Source: a virus. From it: a stretch of 64,000 nt of DNA. Position numbers and translations under genes: made by a program. This document shows, piece after piece, positions 8,283 through 18,603 of this stretch (its first letter is position 1; each line of letters starts with the position of its first letter). The stretch lies in IMG/VR virus record IMGVR_UViG_3300025732_000017. One strand, 5' to 3'. Under the pieces are notes generated by a model. That model did no database searches and was not told the DNA's origin. It was given only the letters and a program-made list of their open reading frames with translations.

Positions 8283-9648
8283 AAACGATTATAGTTCAGA
8301 AAAAAGTTTTGTCTTAAAAAGTCTAAACATCATTAGTACAAATGGTGAGTTTATAAACATATATCCACAATTAATAGAATTATCTATGTTTGAAGACATA
8401 TACAATTCTACAATTTCTGGACAAATATCATTGTCGGATTCTCAAGACTTTTTTGCAAGAATTCCGTTGTCGGGATTTGAATTTATTGCAATAACAGTAG
8501 GAAAACCGGGCTCTGAAAGAGAAGTTGTTTTTGACAAGATTTTTAGAATTTATAAAATGACTGGCGGTGAAATAAAATCAGCAACAACTTCAAATCAAAT
8601 TTATGTGCTTCATTTCTGTTCCGAAGAAAACATCATATCTGCATCAAGACGCATTTCAAAGTCTTATAGGGGTAAAACAACGTCTGAAATAGTTAAAGAC
8701 ATTTTAATCAAAGAACTGGTCGTATCTCCGCAAAAAATACAAAATCAAAACATAGAGCCGACATTTGGTATTCATGATATCATTATTCCATATATGAATC
8801 CATTTGCTGCAATTGGTTGGCTTGCAGCAAGAACAGTATCAGCAAGTTCAAAAAGTTCTGGTGCAAATTTTATGTTTTATGAAAATACGCAAGGATATAA
8901 TTTCAAATCTCTTGAAACACTATTTCAAAGATCATCAAAGGGAAAATATACATACAAGATCAAAAACGTTGACTATCCTGATGATACCTCAGTAAGTGAA
9001 ATACGAGATGTAATAAAATACGAATTCATGAACAATTTTGACGTTCTATCTGGTATAACGTCTGGTATGTTTTCTAGTGTTCTACGAGGTGTCGATCTTG
9101 TTAAATTAAAAGTAAATGATACAGTAATGAATTATGAAAACTTCTTTAATAATTCTGTACATGTTGAAAATAAAAAGGCATTTTCATTTCAGAATGAGTA
9201 TCAAGACAGATTGAAAAATAAAATATATGAAAACTATTACTCAGTTATGAGAATGTATCCAACAAATAGAGGACATGATACAGATCCAACAATATCTTCT
9301 AAGCAACCATCAATAAAGCAAAATTTGGTAGAGTCTTGGATGCTTCAAAGAATATCTCAAATTAATCAATTGAATTATTTTAAATTGAAAATGGTAGTTC
9401 CTGGAGACACATATCTAACTATTGGTGATATAATTGAGTTTGATCTACCACTTGTCTCTACAAAAGATCCTGGAAGTAAAAACATAAATCCATATTATAG
9501 CGGAAGATATTTGATTACAGCCATAAGACACATAATAGATGTTCATCGTTACGAAATGATAATTGAAGCAACAAGGGACTGTTTATCAGTATCATATCCT
9601 GAAGCACAAAATAGTGATCGAGGAATTGACATGATGAGGAAGCAATGA
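8275..9648 (+). CDS. Putative baseplate hub protein (gp27-like)
   Basis: Between gp53 and gp5; FEDIY..ISGQI, FMFYEN..GYNFKSL, PGD....GD.I, YSGRYLITAIRH hub-like pattern. Confidence 0.6.
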   Translation: MFENDYSSEKSFVLKSLNIISTNGEFINIYPQLIELSMFEDIYNSTISGQISLSDSQDFFARIPLSGFEFIAITVGKPGSEREVVFDKIFRIYKMTGGEIKSATTSNQIYVLHFCSEENIISASRRISKSYRGKTTSEIVKDILIKELVVSPQKIQNQNIEPTFGIHDIIIPYMNPFAAIGWLAARTVSASSKSSGANFMFYENTQGYNFKSLETLFQRSSKGKYTYKIKNVDYPDDTSVSEIRDVIKYEFMNNFDVLSGITSGMFSSVLRGVDLVKLKVNDTVMNYENFFNNSVHVENKKAFSFQNEYQDRLKNKIYENYYSVMRMYPTNRGHDTDPTISSKQPSIKQNLVESWMLQRISQINQLNYFKLKMVVPGDTYLTIGDIIEFDLPLVSTKDPGSKNINPYYSGRYLITAIRHIIDVHRYEMIIEATRDCLSVSYPEAQNSDRGIDMMRKQ

Positions 9649-11348
9649 TAAATCGTAATAATTTTATGGGTCTTGATGGTTTTGTGTGGTGGTTTGGTGT
9701 TGTTGAAAATCGTAAGGATCCTTTATCTTTAGGCAGATGTCAAGTTCGTATATTTGGCTGGCATACTGAAGACAAAAATAGAATACCAACTAGAGATTTA
9801 CCTTGGGCCCATCCAATAGTTCCTTTAGGTTCTAATACGTCAAGTATGGTTGCTCCTAAAGAAGGTGAAATGATATTTGGTTTCTTCATGGATGGCGACG
9901 ACGGACAATTTCCTGTTATGCTTGGCACTGTACCTGGTATTCCTGAAGGAACACCGAGAATAGATAAAGGATTTTCAGATCCAAGAGATTCGTCTGCTCT
10001 AAATCAAGCACCAAGAGTTGTTGCAAAGAGAACTTATAATCAAGATAGTAGCGGAGCCATAATTGAGGATGAATCACAAAAAAGATTTCCCAGTTTTGCA
10101 AATGAACCTAGCGTTAGTCGTCTTGCGAGAAATCAAGGAATAGACGACACGATTGTTGGTGTGAAGAAACAGACAGCTGTACAAAATATACTAACTGCTA
10201 GTGAAGGTTTTTGGTCTGAGCCGCAAACAAAATATGCAGCGCAATATCCATACAATCATGTATACGAGTCTGAATCGGGTCATGTTGTAGAATTGGACGA
10301 TACGCCTGGTGCTGAAAGAGTGCATATTGCACATCGTACAGGAACTTTTGATGAAATGCATCCTGATGGCACTCGTGTGATGAAGGTAGTAAAAGACAAA
10401 TATGAAATAGTATTGTCTGATAATAATGTAATTGTTTATGGCGATTGCAATATTACAATCAATGGTCGAGGATCAATATTTGTAAGAGGTGATGCCGACT
10501 TGAAAGTTGGCGGCAACATGAAAACATCAGTAAAAGGAACATATGAGGTTGTTTCTACTGGCAACATGAAGTTTGTATCACCTAGAATTGATTTCAATCC
10601 ACCAGGAGATACGCCGACATATCAAGAACAGCAATATGATCCCAAGACAGCAGTTTTTGAAAAACGTCAAGTTCCGGGGGGATCCGGCTCTTTCAATTTT
10701 GCGGGCGTTGATCTACAAGTAAGTCCAAATTATTCAGCATCACCCGATTATGTGCCTAATGATGCACCAAAAGATACTTCACCAGAACAAGCAAACACAG
10801 AACCATCGCCTCCAGTAACTTGTGGAGATTTTTCCGATCCATTAACTGAGGCAGATTATGATAAAAATCTTAGTGCAAATTATAAATTAAGAAATCTAAC
10901 TATAGGACCTGGAATTTTATTTCCATATAGAATCAATGCTCAAAGGGGTCGATCAAAAAGAACTGAGTCCTTTAGACTGTTTAGTGAATCTGAAATTGCT
11001 TGCAATCTTCAAGCGTTGGCTGAAAACTGTCTTGAACCACTTCGCAAACAATATCCAGGTATGCGTATCAATAGTGCATTTAGAATTGGTGAAGATCAGG
11101 CTCAGCATGGAATAGGAGAAGCTGCCGATGTCTCTTGGCCAAGTAAATCAAAAGCTGAACTTCTAGAAATTTGCAAATGGGCCTCTACAAATTTAAATTT
11201 CGATCAATTGATTTACGAGGTTCCTTCAAACTCTCCCAATGGATGGATGCATATTAGTTTTAATCGTAGAGGAAATTTGACAGGAACTGGTAGACCCAGA
11301 TTATTGACATGGAGAGGTGGTGGTTATGAAACAGGACTTAACGCATAA
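9645..11348 (+). CDS. gp5: Central spike gp5 with a C-terminal M15-type Zn peptidase domain
   Basis: N-terminal OB fold (WWFGVVENRKDP..LGRCQVRIFG.H), YPYNHV.ESESGH..E.DDTPG.ER, short beta-helix repeats, then SAFR..QHGIGEAAD..WMHIS (H-x6-D..H). Confidence 0.9.
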   Translation: MINRNNFMGLDGFVWWFGVVENRKDPLSLGRCQVRIFGWHTEDKNRIPTRDLPWAHPIVPLGSNTSSMVAPKEGEMIFGFFMDGDDGQFPVMLGTVPGIPEGTPRIDKGFSDPRDSSALNQAPRVVAKRTYNQDSSGAIIEDESQKRFPSFANEPSVSRLARNQGIDDTIVGVKKQTAVQNILTASEGFWSEPQTKYAAQYPYNHVYESESGHVVELDDTPGAERVHIAHRTGTFDEMHPDGTRVMKVVKDKYEIVLSDNNVIVYGDCNITINGRGSIFVRGDADLKVGGNMKTSVKGTYEVVSTGNMKFVSPRIDFNPPGDTPTYQEQQYDPKTAVFEKRQVPGGSGSFNFAGVDLQVSPNYSASPDYVPNDAPKDTSPEQANTEPSPPVTCGDFSDPLTEADYDKNLSANYKLRNLTIGPGILFPYRINAQRGRSKRTESFRLFSESEIACNLQALAENCLEPLRKQYPGMRINSAFRIGEDQAQHGIGEAADVSWPSKSKAELLEICKWASTNLNFDQLIYEVPSNSPNGWMHISFNRRGNLTGTGRPRLLTWRGGGYETGLNA

Positions 11349-11357
11349 GGAAAAAAC

Positions 11358-11693
11358 ATGGCAGAGAATGATTTTGGTTTTAGCGCAGTAGATGAAGAGG
11401 AGTATCTGAAGTCATTGACGATACCACCAACTCCTATTGCACCTGCTGCAACTGAAGATGTAAAGAAACTTGAAGAAAAATTAGATAATCTTTTGTCTAA
11501 AGTAGATGTTGATGAACATAAACGTCTTGTTGAACTTGAGATAAGAGATAGATTAAAAAAGGTAGAAGAAATGATTTTACCTTTGTTAAATAATTTGGCA
11601 AAAAACCCAGAAAAAATATACATCAAATGGCCAAATCGTAAAGAAATTATAGAAAAGCAAATAGAAAAATTCTTACAAATAACCAGAGAATAA
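11358..11693 (+). CDS. Hypothetical coiled-coil protein
   Basis: 111 aa with RBS (AGGA); DFGFSAVDE start and I.WPNR near the end. Confidence 0.7.
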   Translation: MAENDFGFSAVDEEEYLKSLTIPPTPIAPAATEDVKKLEEKLDNLLSKVDVDEHKRLVELEIRDRLKKVEEMILPLLNNLAKNPEKIYIKWPNRKEIIEKQIEKFLQITRE

Positions 11694-11694
11694 T

Positions 11695-11985
11695 ATGCCG
11701 GCAGTAACATTACTATCAGATGTTTGTTCGGGACACGATTGCTATCCCTCAAGACAAAATGACACAGCCAGTCCTGATGTTTTCATAGAAGGTCGTGGCA
11801 TTCATCGTCAAACTGATCATTGGGCCAGTCATTGTTGTCCTAATCAAGGTTGTCACGATAGCATTTTGGCTATAGGTTCGACTTCAGTTTTCATAAACGG
11901 TCTCGGCTGCGGGCGTGTTGGAGATTTGATTGAGTGTGGTTCCATAGTTTCTACAGGAGCCATAACTGTTTTTGCTGGCGGTTAA
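11695..11985 (+). CDS. PAAR-type spike-tip protein (gp5.4-like)
   Basis: MPAV...D.CSGH, VFIEG..IHR, VFING.G.GRVGD.I.CG motifs with Cys/His metal ligands. Confidence 0.88.
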   Translation: MPAVTLLSDVCSGHDCYPSRQNDTASPDVFIEGRGIHRQTDHWASHCCPNQGCHDSILAIGSTSVFINGLGCGRVGDLIECGSIVSTGAITVFAGG

Positions 11986-12006
11986 TAAAATTGAAAGAGG
12001 ATAATA

Positions 12007-12765
12007 ATGACTGTAAATCCATCATCAACTTCACCAATCGCAATACCTGATCCATTTGCATATCCGGGAAATATTCCTGCAGGATCTATTGCGTCACCAA
12101 CTCAAAAAAGTATTTTTGAAACTTTCGTCAATGAAGGTCGCGGTGGTATATTTCAAAACCCTCTTACTGATGCCATAGGTGGATTGGGTGATAATTTAAC
12201 TCAATTATATGATATTGTCAATAGTAGTTCATGCCTATCTTCCGGAGAAAAAACGACAATAACAAATGCATTAGGAACAGGGGGTGTTGGTGGATTGTCT
12301 GAACAATTATCATTGTTTAGCACACATGTGCAAATACTTTCTGGTGTCATACCTCAAGGAACAAGTTCAACTCCCGGACTAGATAGAATTTTATCTGTTG
12401 GACGTTCACTTGGAAATCTATCTAATGCAATAGATGGAGTTTCGGACTGTTTTAGTTTACTTAATAGCATGACAGGACTATTTTCCGAAGAACTACTAAA
12501 TGGATATACGGGTGAAATTGCAAACATGATTGCTCAGGTCAATAATTGCTTGGCCGATGCTATTGCGATTGCAGATAGATTGAATGAAATAACCAATATT
12601 TTACAGTCAATTATAAATTCGGATAGAAACTTCTTTCAAAATTCTTTGGATAGATTAATTCAATCTTCACTATCGTCTCTATTAGAAAGCATGTATGACA
12701 ATCCTTGTGGAAAAGTTCTTCTAGAGAGAATCGGACAAGATAAACTACTTGGATTTCTTAGATAA
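12007..12765 (+). CDS. Hypothetical helical virion-operon protein
   Basis: 252-aa ORF with GAGG RBS, between PAAR and gp25. Confidence 0.6.
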   Translation: MTVNPSSTSPIAIPDPFAYPGNIPAGSIASPTQKSIFETFVNEGRGGIFQNPLTDAIGGLGDNLTQLYDIVNSSSCLSSGEKTTITNALGTGGVGGLSEQLSLFSTHVQILSGVIPQGTSSTPGLDRILSVGRSLGNLSNAIDGVSDCFSLLNSMTGLFSEELLNGYTGEIANMIAQVNNCLADAIAIADRLNEITNILQSIINSDRNFFQNSLDRLIQSSLSSLLESMYDNPCGKVLLERIGQDKLLGFLR

Positions 12766-12773
12766 ATAAAATC

Positions 12774-13169
12774 ATGGCAATAAATTCAGTTAGAACGTTT
12801 AGAGATCTTGACTTAAATTTCACAAAACATCCGGCAACAAAGGATGTGGCTACTCGCGTGGGCGATCAATCCGTCATCAGATCAATTAGAAACTTGTTAT
12901 ATCTGGGAAATTATGAAAAACCATTTCATCCAGAAATAGGAAGTTCTCTTCGCCAAATGTTGTTTGAAAATTTATCATCTTTGACCGCACAGCACATAAA
13001 GCAGGCAGTCAAAGATGTTATAAACAATTTTGAACCAAGAGCAAGATTGAGAGACGTTGTCGTTCAAGTTAAAGAAGATACGAATGCATATGAAGTTTCC
13101 ATATCTTTTTATGTGATAAATCAAGCAACACCAATAGATATAACTGTATTTTTAGAAAGAGTAAGATAA
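12774..13169 (+). CDS. gp25: Baseplate wedge subunit gp25
   Basis: FRDLDLNF..HP, SIRNL....YEKPFHPEIGS.L..MLFE, FEPRA motifs. Confidence 0.93.
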   Translation: MAINSVRTFRDLDLNFTKHPATKDVATRVGDQSVIRSIRNLLYLGNYEKPFHPEIGSSLRQMLFENLSSLTAQHIKQAVKDVINNFEPRARLRDVVVQVKEDTNAYEVSISFYVINQATPIDITVFLERVR

Positions 13170-13170
13170 T

Positions 13171-15249
13171 ATGGCTGGATCTAACACAGTTTTTAGAATT
13201 GCTGAACTTGATTTTGATACCATCAAGTTAAATCTTAGAAACTATTTGCGTAGTCAAAACCAGTTTACAGATTACGATTTTGAAGGTTCAGGTTTGAACA
13301 TTCTACTAGATGTTCTCGCATATAACACCCATTATATGGCCTACTATCTAAACATGATTGGGAATGAAATGTTTTTAGATAGTGCAATACTAAGAAATTC
13401 TGTTGTTTCACACGCCAAACATTTGAACTACGTTCCTACGTCTCTTCGTGGTTCAGTTGCAAAAGTAGATGTTGTTGTTGAAGATACAAATCCAACCAGC
13501 GGCCTTTCTACAATTACTCTTCCAAAGTATTCACAATTTCAATCACAACAAATTAATGGTATAAATTATACTTTTGTAAACTTAGATGCGTATATAGCAA
13601 GTAAAAATGTAACTTCAAATACATATACATTTAGTAACGTATCAATTGTCCAGGGTGAAAAAATTTCATATAATGTTTCTGTTGATGTATCAAACTCGAA
13701 AAGAAGGTTTTTGATACCCGAGGCAAACATTGATACGTCAACTCTTATTGTTACAGTGCAAAATTCTTCAGCTGATCTAGTAAAGACAACTTATAGTCTG
13801 GCTGATGATGTTACTACTTTAGATTCAAACTCAAAAGTTTATTTTTTGGAAGAATCTAATGGAAATCAATATACGTTATATTTTGGAGATAACTATATTG
13901 GAAAAAACTTAGATGACGGGAATATTGTTCAACTGGTATATCTCTCAACAAGTGGAGAAGCATCAAATAAAGCCAACTCATTTACTTTGACAACACCAAT
14001 CAATAGTTTTTCAAACGTTGTCGTGAATTCTATTTCTGCAGCAGCTGGTGGTGCCGAAAGAGACACGATTGATAGAATCAAGTTTTTAGCACCAAGATTT
14101 TATACTACTCAAAACCGAGCAATTACAAAAGACGATTACGGAACTCTTTTGTTGAAAGATTATCCAAATGTTGAAACAATATCCGTTTGGGGTGGTGAGG
14201 AAAATGATCCCGTTGTTTATGGTAAAATTTTCATATCCATGAAACCAAGAAGTGGATATGTCATCACCGACATTGAAAAAGACAGAATCATAAATCAATT
14301 GGTTTCAAATAGAAATGTAATTACAGTTACACCTGAAATAATAGATCCGGACTATCTGTATCTAAAATTAGAAATTACAGTAAATTATGATACAACAAAG
14401 ACAACTTCAGATGAAACTACTTTGACAAACATTGTCAAAAATATTGTCAATTTGTACAACGATACCGATCTTGAAAAGTTCAATTCAACATATAGAACTT
14501 CAAAATTGCAAGGTCAAATAGCATCAGGCGATGTATCATTTTTGGGAAGCGATTTGAAGACTATTATTCAAAAAAGATTTGAGCCCACTTTAAATGTATC
14601 AAAAAATTATACTATTGATTTCAATGTACCCCTGAGTCGTGGACTTTACACCGAAAAACTATATTCTTATCCAACTTTTGCCATTCTAGATGGTCAGGGC
14701 ATTTCAAGAAATGCACTCATAGAAGAAACACCATTATCATTTACTGGAGTTGAAAGTGTTGATATAACAAACTCTGGTTCTGGTTATACTGATAGTCCTA
14801 TAGTTACTGTAACAGGTGATGGATCTGGTGCAACCGCAAAAGCAGTAGTTGTAAATGGAAAAATAACTTCAATCATGATTGAAAATCGCGGTTCAAATTA
14901 TACAGCTGCTGTTATAACAATCACGGATTCAAGTGGGTCTGGTGCAACTGCAACCGCAGTTCTATCTGTCTCTATAGGAACATTAAGAAGTTATTACATA
15001 GCATCTACAACAGGCGAAAAAGTTATAATAAATGAAAACTTTGGCGACATAAATTATGAGACAGGCAGAATAAACATCTATAATTTTAGACCACTATCTA
15101 TTGCGTCAAATCCAAATTATGCATCTGGTGTACTAACTTTGAACATGTATCCCCTACAATCAACAATACATCCTCTTAGAAATAGATTATTGTCAATAGA
15201 TTCTGAAGATCCTACTGCCATTGAGGTTACAATGGAGATTGATACCTAA
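13171..15249 (+). CDS. gp6: Baseplate wedge subunit gp6
   Basis: ELDFD.IK.NL..YL, FTDYDFEGSGL..LLDVLAYNTHY, QNRAIT.DDY, WGGEENDP motifs. Confidence 0.95.
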   Translation: MAGSNTVFRIAELDFDTIKLNLRNYLRSQNQFTDYDFEGSGLNILLDVLAYNTHYMAYYLNMIGNEMFLDSAILRNSVVSHAKHLNYVPTSLRGSVAKVDVVVEDTNPTSGLSTITLPKYSQFQSQQINGINYTFVNLDAYIASKNVTSNTYTFSNVSIVQGEKISYNVSVDVSNSKRRFLIPEANIDTSTLIVTVQNSSADLVKTTYSLADDVTTLDSNSKVYFLEESNGNQYTLYFGDNYIGKNLDDGNIVQLVYLSTSGEASNKANSFTLTTPINSFSNVVVNSISAAAGGAERDTIDRIKFLAPRFYTTQNRAITKDDYGTLLLKDYPNVETISVWGGEENDPVVYGKIFISMKPRSGYVITDIEKDRIINQLVSNRNVITVTPEIIDPDYLYLKLEITVNYDTTKTTSDETTLTNIVKNIVNLYNDTDLEKFNSTYRTSKLQGQIASGDVSFLGSDLKTIIQKRFEPTLNVSKNYTIDFNVPLSRGLYTEKLYSYPTFAILDGQGISRNALIEETPLSFTGVESVDITNSGSGYTDSPIVTVTGDGSGATAKAVVVNGKITSIMIENRGSNYTAAVITITDSSGSGATATAVLSVSIGTLRSYYIASTTGEKVIINENFGDINYETGRINIYNFRPLSIASNPNYASGVLTLNMYPLQSTIHPLRNRLLSIDSEDPTAIEVTMEIDT

Positions 15250-18200
15250 TGGCAACAAATAACAAGATCTCTACGGTAGTTAGTAATCAATTACCCGATT
15301 TTATAAAATCGGATCATCCTACATTTATTGCATTTGTAAAAGCGTATTATGAGTATTTGGAACAATCAAATACAACTTTAGCATTTGGTAAAACAGTAGA
15401 ACGCGCAAAAAATATTCCAAATTATTTTGATACCGACAAGATAACTGAAACTGGATTGAATGAATTCAATGATCATTTGTACAACGAATTTATATCAGTC
15501 ATACCCAAGGAAGCATTAACAGATAAGTCTAAACTATTAAAGAATATTAAGGACTTCTATCGCGCAAAAGGAACAGAAAAAGCATACGATTTTTTCTTTA
15601 GACTCCTATACAATGAAACGCCTGAAATATATTATCCAAAAAATGATATATTGATTGCATCTTCTGGCAAATGGCTTGTTGAAAGATCAATAAGACTTGC
15701 CAATACCTATGTCAATGGAATTTTAGACGAATCCATCGCTAGTTTAAAAAAGTTTGAAAGCACTCTAATAAGAGGAAATGTTTCTACAGCAACAGCACAA
15801 GTTGAAAGGGTTTCCATATCATACGAAGCGGGAACACGAATAAACGAATTCTTCATTTCAAAAAAGAAGGGCGATTTTTCTGCGGATGAAGAAGTTTTTA
15901 CAACAACAATTGATGGTGAGACATTATCAGCAAAAATAGTTAGCGGATTTATTTCTTCTGTAACATTGAAAAATGGCGGATCAGGTTATACTATCGGAAC
16001 TTCAATACCTGTTGTTGGTGGTGGTGGATCTGATGGAACAGTAGTTGTTTCTGAAGTGTCATCTGGAAATATATCAAACGTTACAGTTGTCGTTGGTGGT
16101 GCTGGTTTTAGAGTTGGTGATTTTGTTTTGTTTTCTGGTGGCGGCGGCGTTGGTGCAAATGCAAATGTCGTTGAAGTCTTTGATGATAATTTCACGCACC
16201 CGAACACATACAATATAAATTCCGACGTTATCAATACATATAACTTGACTGCAATTGGTGCATATAGCAATTCATCTGGCGGAAATGCAAATACGTCAAT
16301 GGCAAATACATTGACATTTTTTGCATATGCAAATACCGGTCCGGCAAGATCAATTGTCTTGATATCTGGAGGAAATAACTATACTTCACTTCCAACTGCG
16401 TCAATACAAGGAAATACACGAATAAAGAATCTAGGTATTATTGGTAAATTGACAATCAATAATGGCGGAACTGGATATTCAAATGGTGCACAGTTAATAT
16501 TTACAAATATTCCTGGTGGATTTGGATATGGCGCTAACGGTAATGTAGTAACGAATGCAACGGGCACGATTGTAAATACAAACTTGACGCTTTTAGGTCC
16601 AGGTCATCTAATAGGTGGTGCTGGTTATGATATAAATTATCTACCGACAGTTTCTGTTTCTGGTTCTGGATCTGGGGCTAACATAGTTGTTTCTTCTCTT
16701 TTGGGATTTGGAGAAACTCTCGTATCTAATACAGGTTCAATTGGAGTTATTGAAGGACTTACAATTACTAATCGAGGTTCAGGATATGCAACTCCACCAA
16801 CTCTTGATTTTACAGGAAGTGGTGATGGTCTTGCAAATGCAAATGCTTCAGTTGTTTCTGGTACATTCACTTACGCGGGTCGATTTAAGGACGATACGGG
16901 ACTACTAAGCAGTTCAAATTATTTGGAAGATAGAGATTATTATCAAAACTTTAGTTATGTGATAAGAATTCGAAAAGCATTACAAGAATACAAGCAGCAC
17001 GTTTTGAATTTCATTCATCCTGCAGGATTGAAGTTCTTTGGTGAATTTTTATACGAATCAGAACCAGTTGTTAATAATGTTGTTGTCATTGAGGATTCAA
17101 ATACAAGAACATATATTCCATATGTTGCAAACTCGATTGATTTCAATGGTTCAAATTCTGTAATCTACAAGACATCATCTTTGGGCAATACAACAAATGG
17201 CTCAACGGGAACAATTAGTTTCTGGTTTAGACCCAATAGTCTTGCCAACGATCAAACGATTCTATCGCTATCAAATACATCAAATTCAATGTATTCGCCA
17301 AGAGTTTCTGTATCTCTTGCAAAGAGAGCAAATTCTCTAGTTGGTAGAATTTCAGGATTGACTGTTGTTTATGGTGGTGCAGGATTCACAGTAGATGACA
17401 ATGTGATCTTTACAGGAACTGGAACAAACGCAAATGCAACGATAGTTACTGTTCTTAGTGACGGGAGTTTTCATCCAAATACATATAATATCAATTCTGA
17501 TGTTATCAATACATACAATGCAACTGTTATTGGTGCATATAGCAATGGTGCAAGCGGAAATGCAAACACAGCACTTCTACCAACATTGACATTTTTTGCA
17601 TTATCTGGTCTAGGTCCAATTTCAGCCGTTTCCCTAAACGCTCAAGGAAATGGTTATAATGTTTTGACAACGACGGTTAATGCTACAGGAAATACTTATC
17701 TAAGAAATCTTGGTATAATTGGTAGATTGAAGATCAATTCTACAGGTACAGGATATTCAAATGGTAATATTATCACATTTACCAATATTATTGGTGGTTA
17801 TGGATTTGGTGCAAATGCAACTGTCACAGTAAATGCAACAGGTGCAATTATAGCAACTACGATGACTCCATACTCAAGTGATTCGGGTCATCTAGTTGGT
17901 GGTTTTGGATATAGTACAGATGCATTACCTATCGTTGCTGTATCTGGTTCTGGTTCAGGTGCAAATCTAACGATTGGTGCATTGATAGGAGATGGTGATA
18001 TCATATCACCAGATACTTTTGCAAATACATCCAATAATGATGGTGATATTATCAAGATTGTTGCTAGAGATTCGACAAATACAAAGTTGCTTGAATTGAC
18101 AACAAACACTTCAACCTTGATATTCAAGAATTCTTGGAATCACATAGTTGCAACTTGGGATCTATCTTCAAATTCAAATTGTCATGTATACTTGAATGAT

Positions 18201-18578
18201 ATCAATTCAACGAGACTCGACACAATCAATTTCGGTGTAATTGACTATACGGGCGGAAGTAACGTTTCAATTGGTGCTGAAGTAGACTTGAGTCGTGCGT
18301 ATGATGGTTGCTTGTCCGAAGTTTGGTTTTCAAATTCACATGTCAATGTTTCAAATGCTACGATAAGAAACTTCTTTATTGGAGCAAATGGTGATCTATT
18401 ACCAAGTAATATGCTGCAGTCAAATGGATACATGGGTAGAGTGAGTGTAGAGGTCACTCCATCAATCTATCTAAGAAGCAATGCACTTTATGCAAATATC
18501 AATAGCGGAATTGCAAATAACTTCACGTTTGCAAATAATATCACGGATTGCTCAAACTCCTCAAGTACTCCAGCATAA
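15249..18578 (+). CDS. gp7: Baseplate wedge initiator gp7-like with internal duplication and LamG domain
   Basis: QLPDFIK.DHP.F..F.KAYYE.LE, LLKNIKDFYRAKGTE, DYYQNFSYVI and HPAG.K.FGE motifs. Confidence 0.75.
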   Translation: MATNNKISTVVSNQLPDFIKSDHPTFIAFVKAYYEYLEQSNTTLAFGKTVERAKNIPNYFDTDKITETGLNEFNDHLYNEFISVIPKEALTDKSKLLKNIKDFYRAKGTEKAYDFFFRLLYNETPEIYYPKNDILIASSGKWLVERSIRLANTYVNGILDESIASLKKFESTLIRGNVSTATAQVERVSISYEAGTRINEFFISKKKGDFSADEEVFTTTIDGETLSAKIVSGFISSVTLKNGGSGYTIGTSIPVVGGGGSDGTVVVSEVSSGNISNVTVVVGGAGFRVGDFVLFSGGGGVGANANVVEVFDDNFTHPNTYNINSDVINTYNLTAIGAYSNSSGGNANTSMANTLTFFAYANTGPARSIVLISGGNNYTSLPTASIQGNTRIKNLGIIGKLTINNGGTGYSNGAQLIFTNIPGGFGYGANGNVVTNATGTIVNTNLTLLGPGHLIGGAGYDINYLPTVSVSGSGSGANIVVSSLLGFGETLVSNTGSIGVIEGLTITNRGSGYATPPTLDFTGSGDGLANANASVVSGTFTYAGRFKDDTGLLSSSNYLEDRDYYQNFSYVIRIRKALQEYKQHVLNFIHPAGLKFFGEFLYESEPVVNNVVVIEDSNTRTYIPYVANSIDFNGSNSVIYKTSSLGNTTNGSTGTISFWFRPNSLANDQTILSLSNTSNSMYSPRVSVSLAKRANSLVGRISGLTVVYGGAGFTVDDNVIFTGTGTNANATIVTVLSDGSFHPNTYNINSDVINTYNATVIGAYSNGASGNANTALLPTLTFFALSGLGPISAVSLNAQGNGYNVLTTTVNATGNTYLRNLGIIGRLKINSTGTGYSNGNIITFTNIIGGYGFGANATVTVNATGAIIATTMTPYSSDSGHLVGGFGYSTDALPIVAVSGSGSGANLTIGALIGDGDIISPDTFANTSNNDGDIIKIVARDSTNTKLLELTTNTSTLIFKNSWNHIVATWDLSSNSNCHVYLNDINSTRLDTINFGVIDYTGGSNVSIGAEVDLSRAYDGCLSEVWFSNSHVNVSNATIRNFFIGANGDLLPSNMLQSNGYMGRVSVEVTPSIYLRSNALYANINSGIANNFTFANNITDCSNSSSTPA
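16065..18000 (+). repeat. Two diverged copies of a ~220-aa module in gp7-like (~16065-16715 and ~17340-18000)
   Basis: Both contain HPNTYNINSDVINTYN, GAYSN..GNANT, LTFFA, NLGIIG.L.IN..GTGYSNG and VSGSGSGAN. Confidence 0.9.
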
Positions 18579-18603
18579 ATATGAGTTACAATAGAGTTTT
18601 TTA

